A stretch of DNA of 32,000 bases from positions 23,020-55,019 of the forward strand of contig JADGIF010000003.1 of the NCBI GenBank assembly GCA_018985225.1. Reading direction: 5' to 3'. The notes under the pieces were generated by a model. That model had not been told where the DNA came from. It searched no databases and saw only the letters and a program-made list of their open reading frames with translations. This stretch comes from Amoeboradix gromovi X-113 (lineage: Eukaryota; Fungi; Sanchytriomycota). Positions 30,867-32,000 of the stretch are shown here, one piece after another; position 1 is the stretch's first letter; each line of letters starts with the position of its first letter. Made by a program: the position numbers and the translations under genes.

Positions 30867-31901
30867 TCAAGGTCTATAAATATGCTGCTTGAATTTAAAA
30901 TTCAAATGAAGTGTCCCGTTCTCAAATACACAATTAAATCCACTTTTGTAGTTGGTGTCCCATTCTCGTTTATATATTCTAAACCTTATGTCTGAATATG
31001 GCCCACCGCTTTTAAAAATAATTATTTCCTTGTCTCTATGAATTGGATCAGGAACCTTACAATAATCTGGAATTTCTTCTAACTTTGGATAAAAAATAGC
31101 AAATTTATAACCCAGTATTTGTGTAGGTGGCAAATTGTCAGCATCAAAGTTGGCTTGGTTATAGGAAGTCCATTCTATGCCACACAGTACTCTTGAGAAA
31201 TGTTTGGGCTTTGAGGGAGTGTCTGGATCAATATCGTTTATTACAGACTCTCCTCCGGCAAGAGGCATCTTTTCTATTTGCTCTAATAGCCAAGGATCAT
31301 CTTGCAGTTTTTTATCAACAATTTGAAACGGAACAACTTCTATTTGCTCAAGAATTTTAGCATTTATTAGATCTATCACATCTTTGCTATCGCCAGATAT
31401 ATTGAATCTTTTCTGCAGCACTCTGCCATATCTTTCAAATCGTTGATTAATGAAATCGCTCAATACTATTTGAGATATCCTGTTGTGTATTTCAAATAAT
31501 AAAAAATCCCAATAGTCTTTATCAATTAACCCAGACCCATTTATTCTTGATTTTACAACCTTTTTAAGCTTTTGGAATTCATCCATGCTTTGGTTTTCCA
31601 GAGTAGAAGATATGTCTAACTGAATTTCAGGATGTAACTGAATTGCACATTCTTGGTAGTACTGTTCAAGAGATGCAAATATTGTAGAATAAAAAGGGAA
31701 AAGTCTTTTATAATGCTTGATGTCTTTCGAATCCACTGTTTTGTAATTTAGATTAGGCAACAATAACAAGGGCAATCCCTTGACTAAGTCAGGATCTTCC
31801 ATGTAGCATATCTGAAGAAGGACTATATCTATAAGATCGTGACGACGTTGCTTTATTCGCAATATGCTTCTACCAGCATAAGTCATTCTCAAGTTTGACA
31901 T
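30867..31901 (-). CDS. CACTIN: cactin (spliceosomal factor), reduced and divergent
   Basis: GIEWTSYNQANFD.DNLPP..ILGYKFAIFYP; GGPYSDI.FRI..REW; first ATG at 31901, with in-frame stops upstream. Confidence 0.85.
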   Translation of the reverse strand: MSNLRMTYAGRSILRIKQRRHDLIDIVLLQICYMEDPDLVKGLPLLLLPNLNYKTVDSKDIKHYKRLFPFYSTIFASLEQYYQECAIQLHPEIQLDISSTLENQSMDEFQKLKKVVKSRINGSGLIDKDYWDFLLFEIHNRISQIVLSDFINQRFERYGRVLQKRFNISGDSKDVIDLINAKILEQIEVVPFQIVDKKLQDDPWLLEQIEKMPLAGGESVINDIDPDTPSKPKHFSRVLCGIEWTSYNQANFDADNLPPTQILGYKFAIFYPKLEEIPDYCKVPDPIHRDKEIIIFKSGGPYSDIRFRIYKREWDTNYKSGFNCVFENGTLHLNFKFKQHIYRP

Positions 31902-32000
31902 GATACTTGGAGCAGCTAAAGCTAGAAATAATTGAGCAGAGGGTTCCGACAATTTGCAGCCTGTGGTGCAGGCGGTGTCGCACTACTAGTTCCTCTTCTC

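Noticed and set aside
31922-32000. GC-richer edge as the 3' end of another gene or a cactin exon
   Set aside because: Too little sequence in the window; the cactin frame has two stops there.

Overview
AT-rich, very compact eukaryotic DNA using the standard genetic code. Gene content (SEC8, VPS38/UVRAG, CYS4, BOS1, RBM42, PRI2, RanBP9/GID1, PUS1, kinesin-2, cactin, PRL phosphatase) suggests a reduced, early-diverging, probably zoosporic fungus or relative (inference). Two things stand out. (1) Four dispersed 0.3-0.6 kb repeats with ~30-bp GRG...CYC terminal inverted repeats look like MITEs but carry complementary pieces of a TnpB/Fanzor C-terminus (YTSKKCSVC...RLRKCTFC...ERD) running into the right TIR. 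They appear to be internally deleted 'ghost' Fanzor elements. A Sola-type transposase pseudogene with a related TIR lies in the same window, and the same ACA motif sits upstream of all four left ends. (2) Apparent frameshifts or truncations in seven genes are resolved by 19-21 nt GT-AG introns. Most longer intergenic stretches are decayed transposon DNA (LINE endonuclease, RT and gag relics), while TE-free gaps are often only 9-60 bp. All family calls come from motif recognition by eye; no searches were run.
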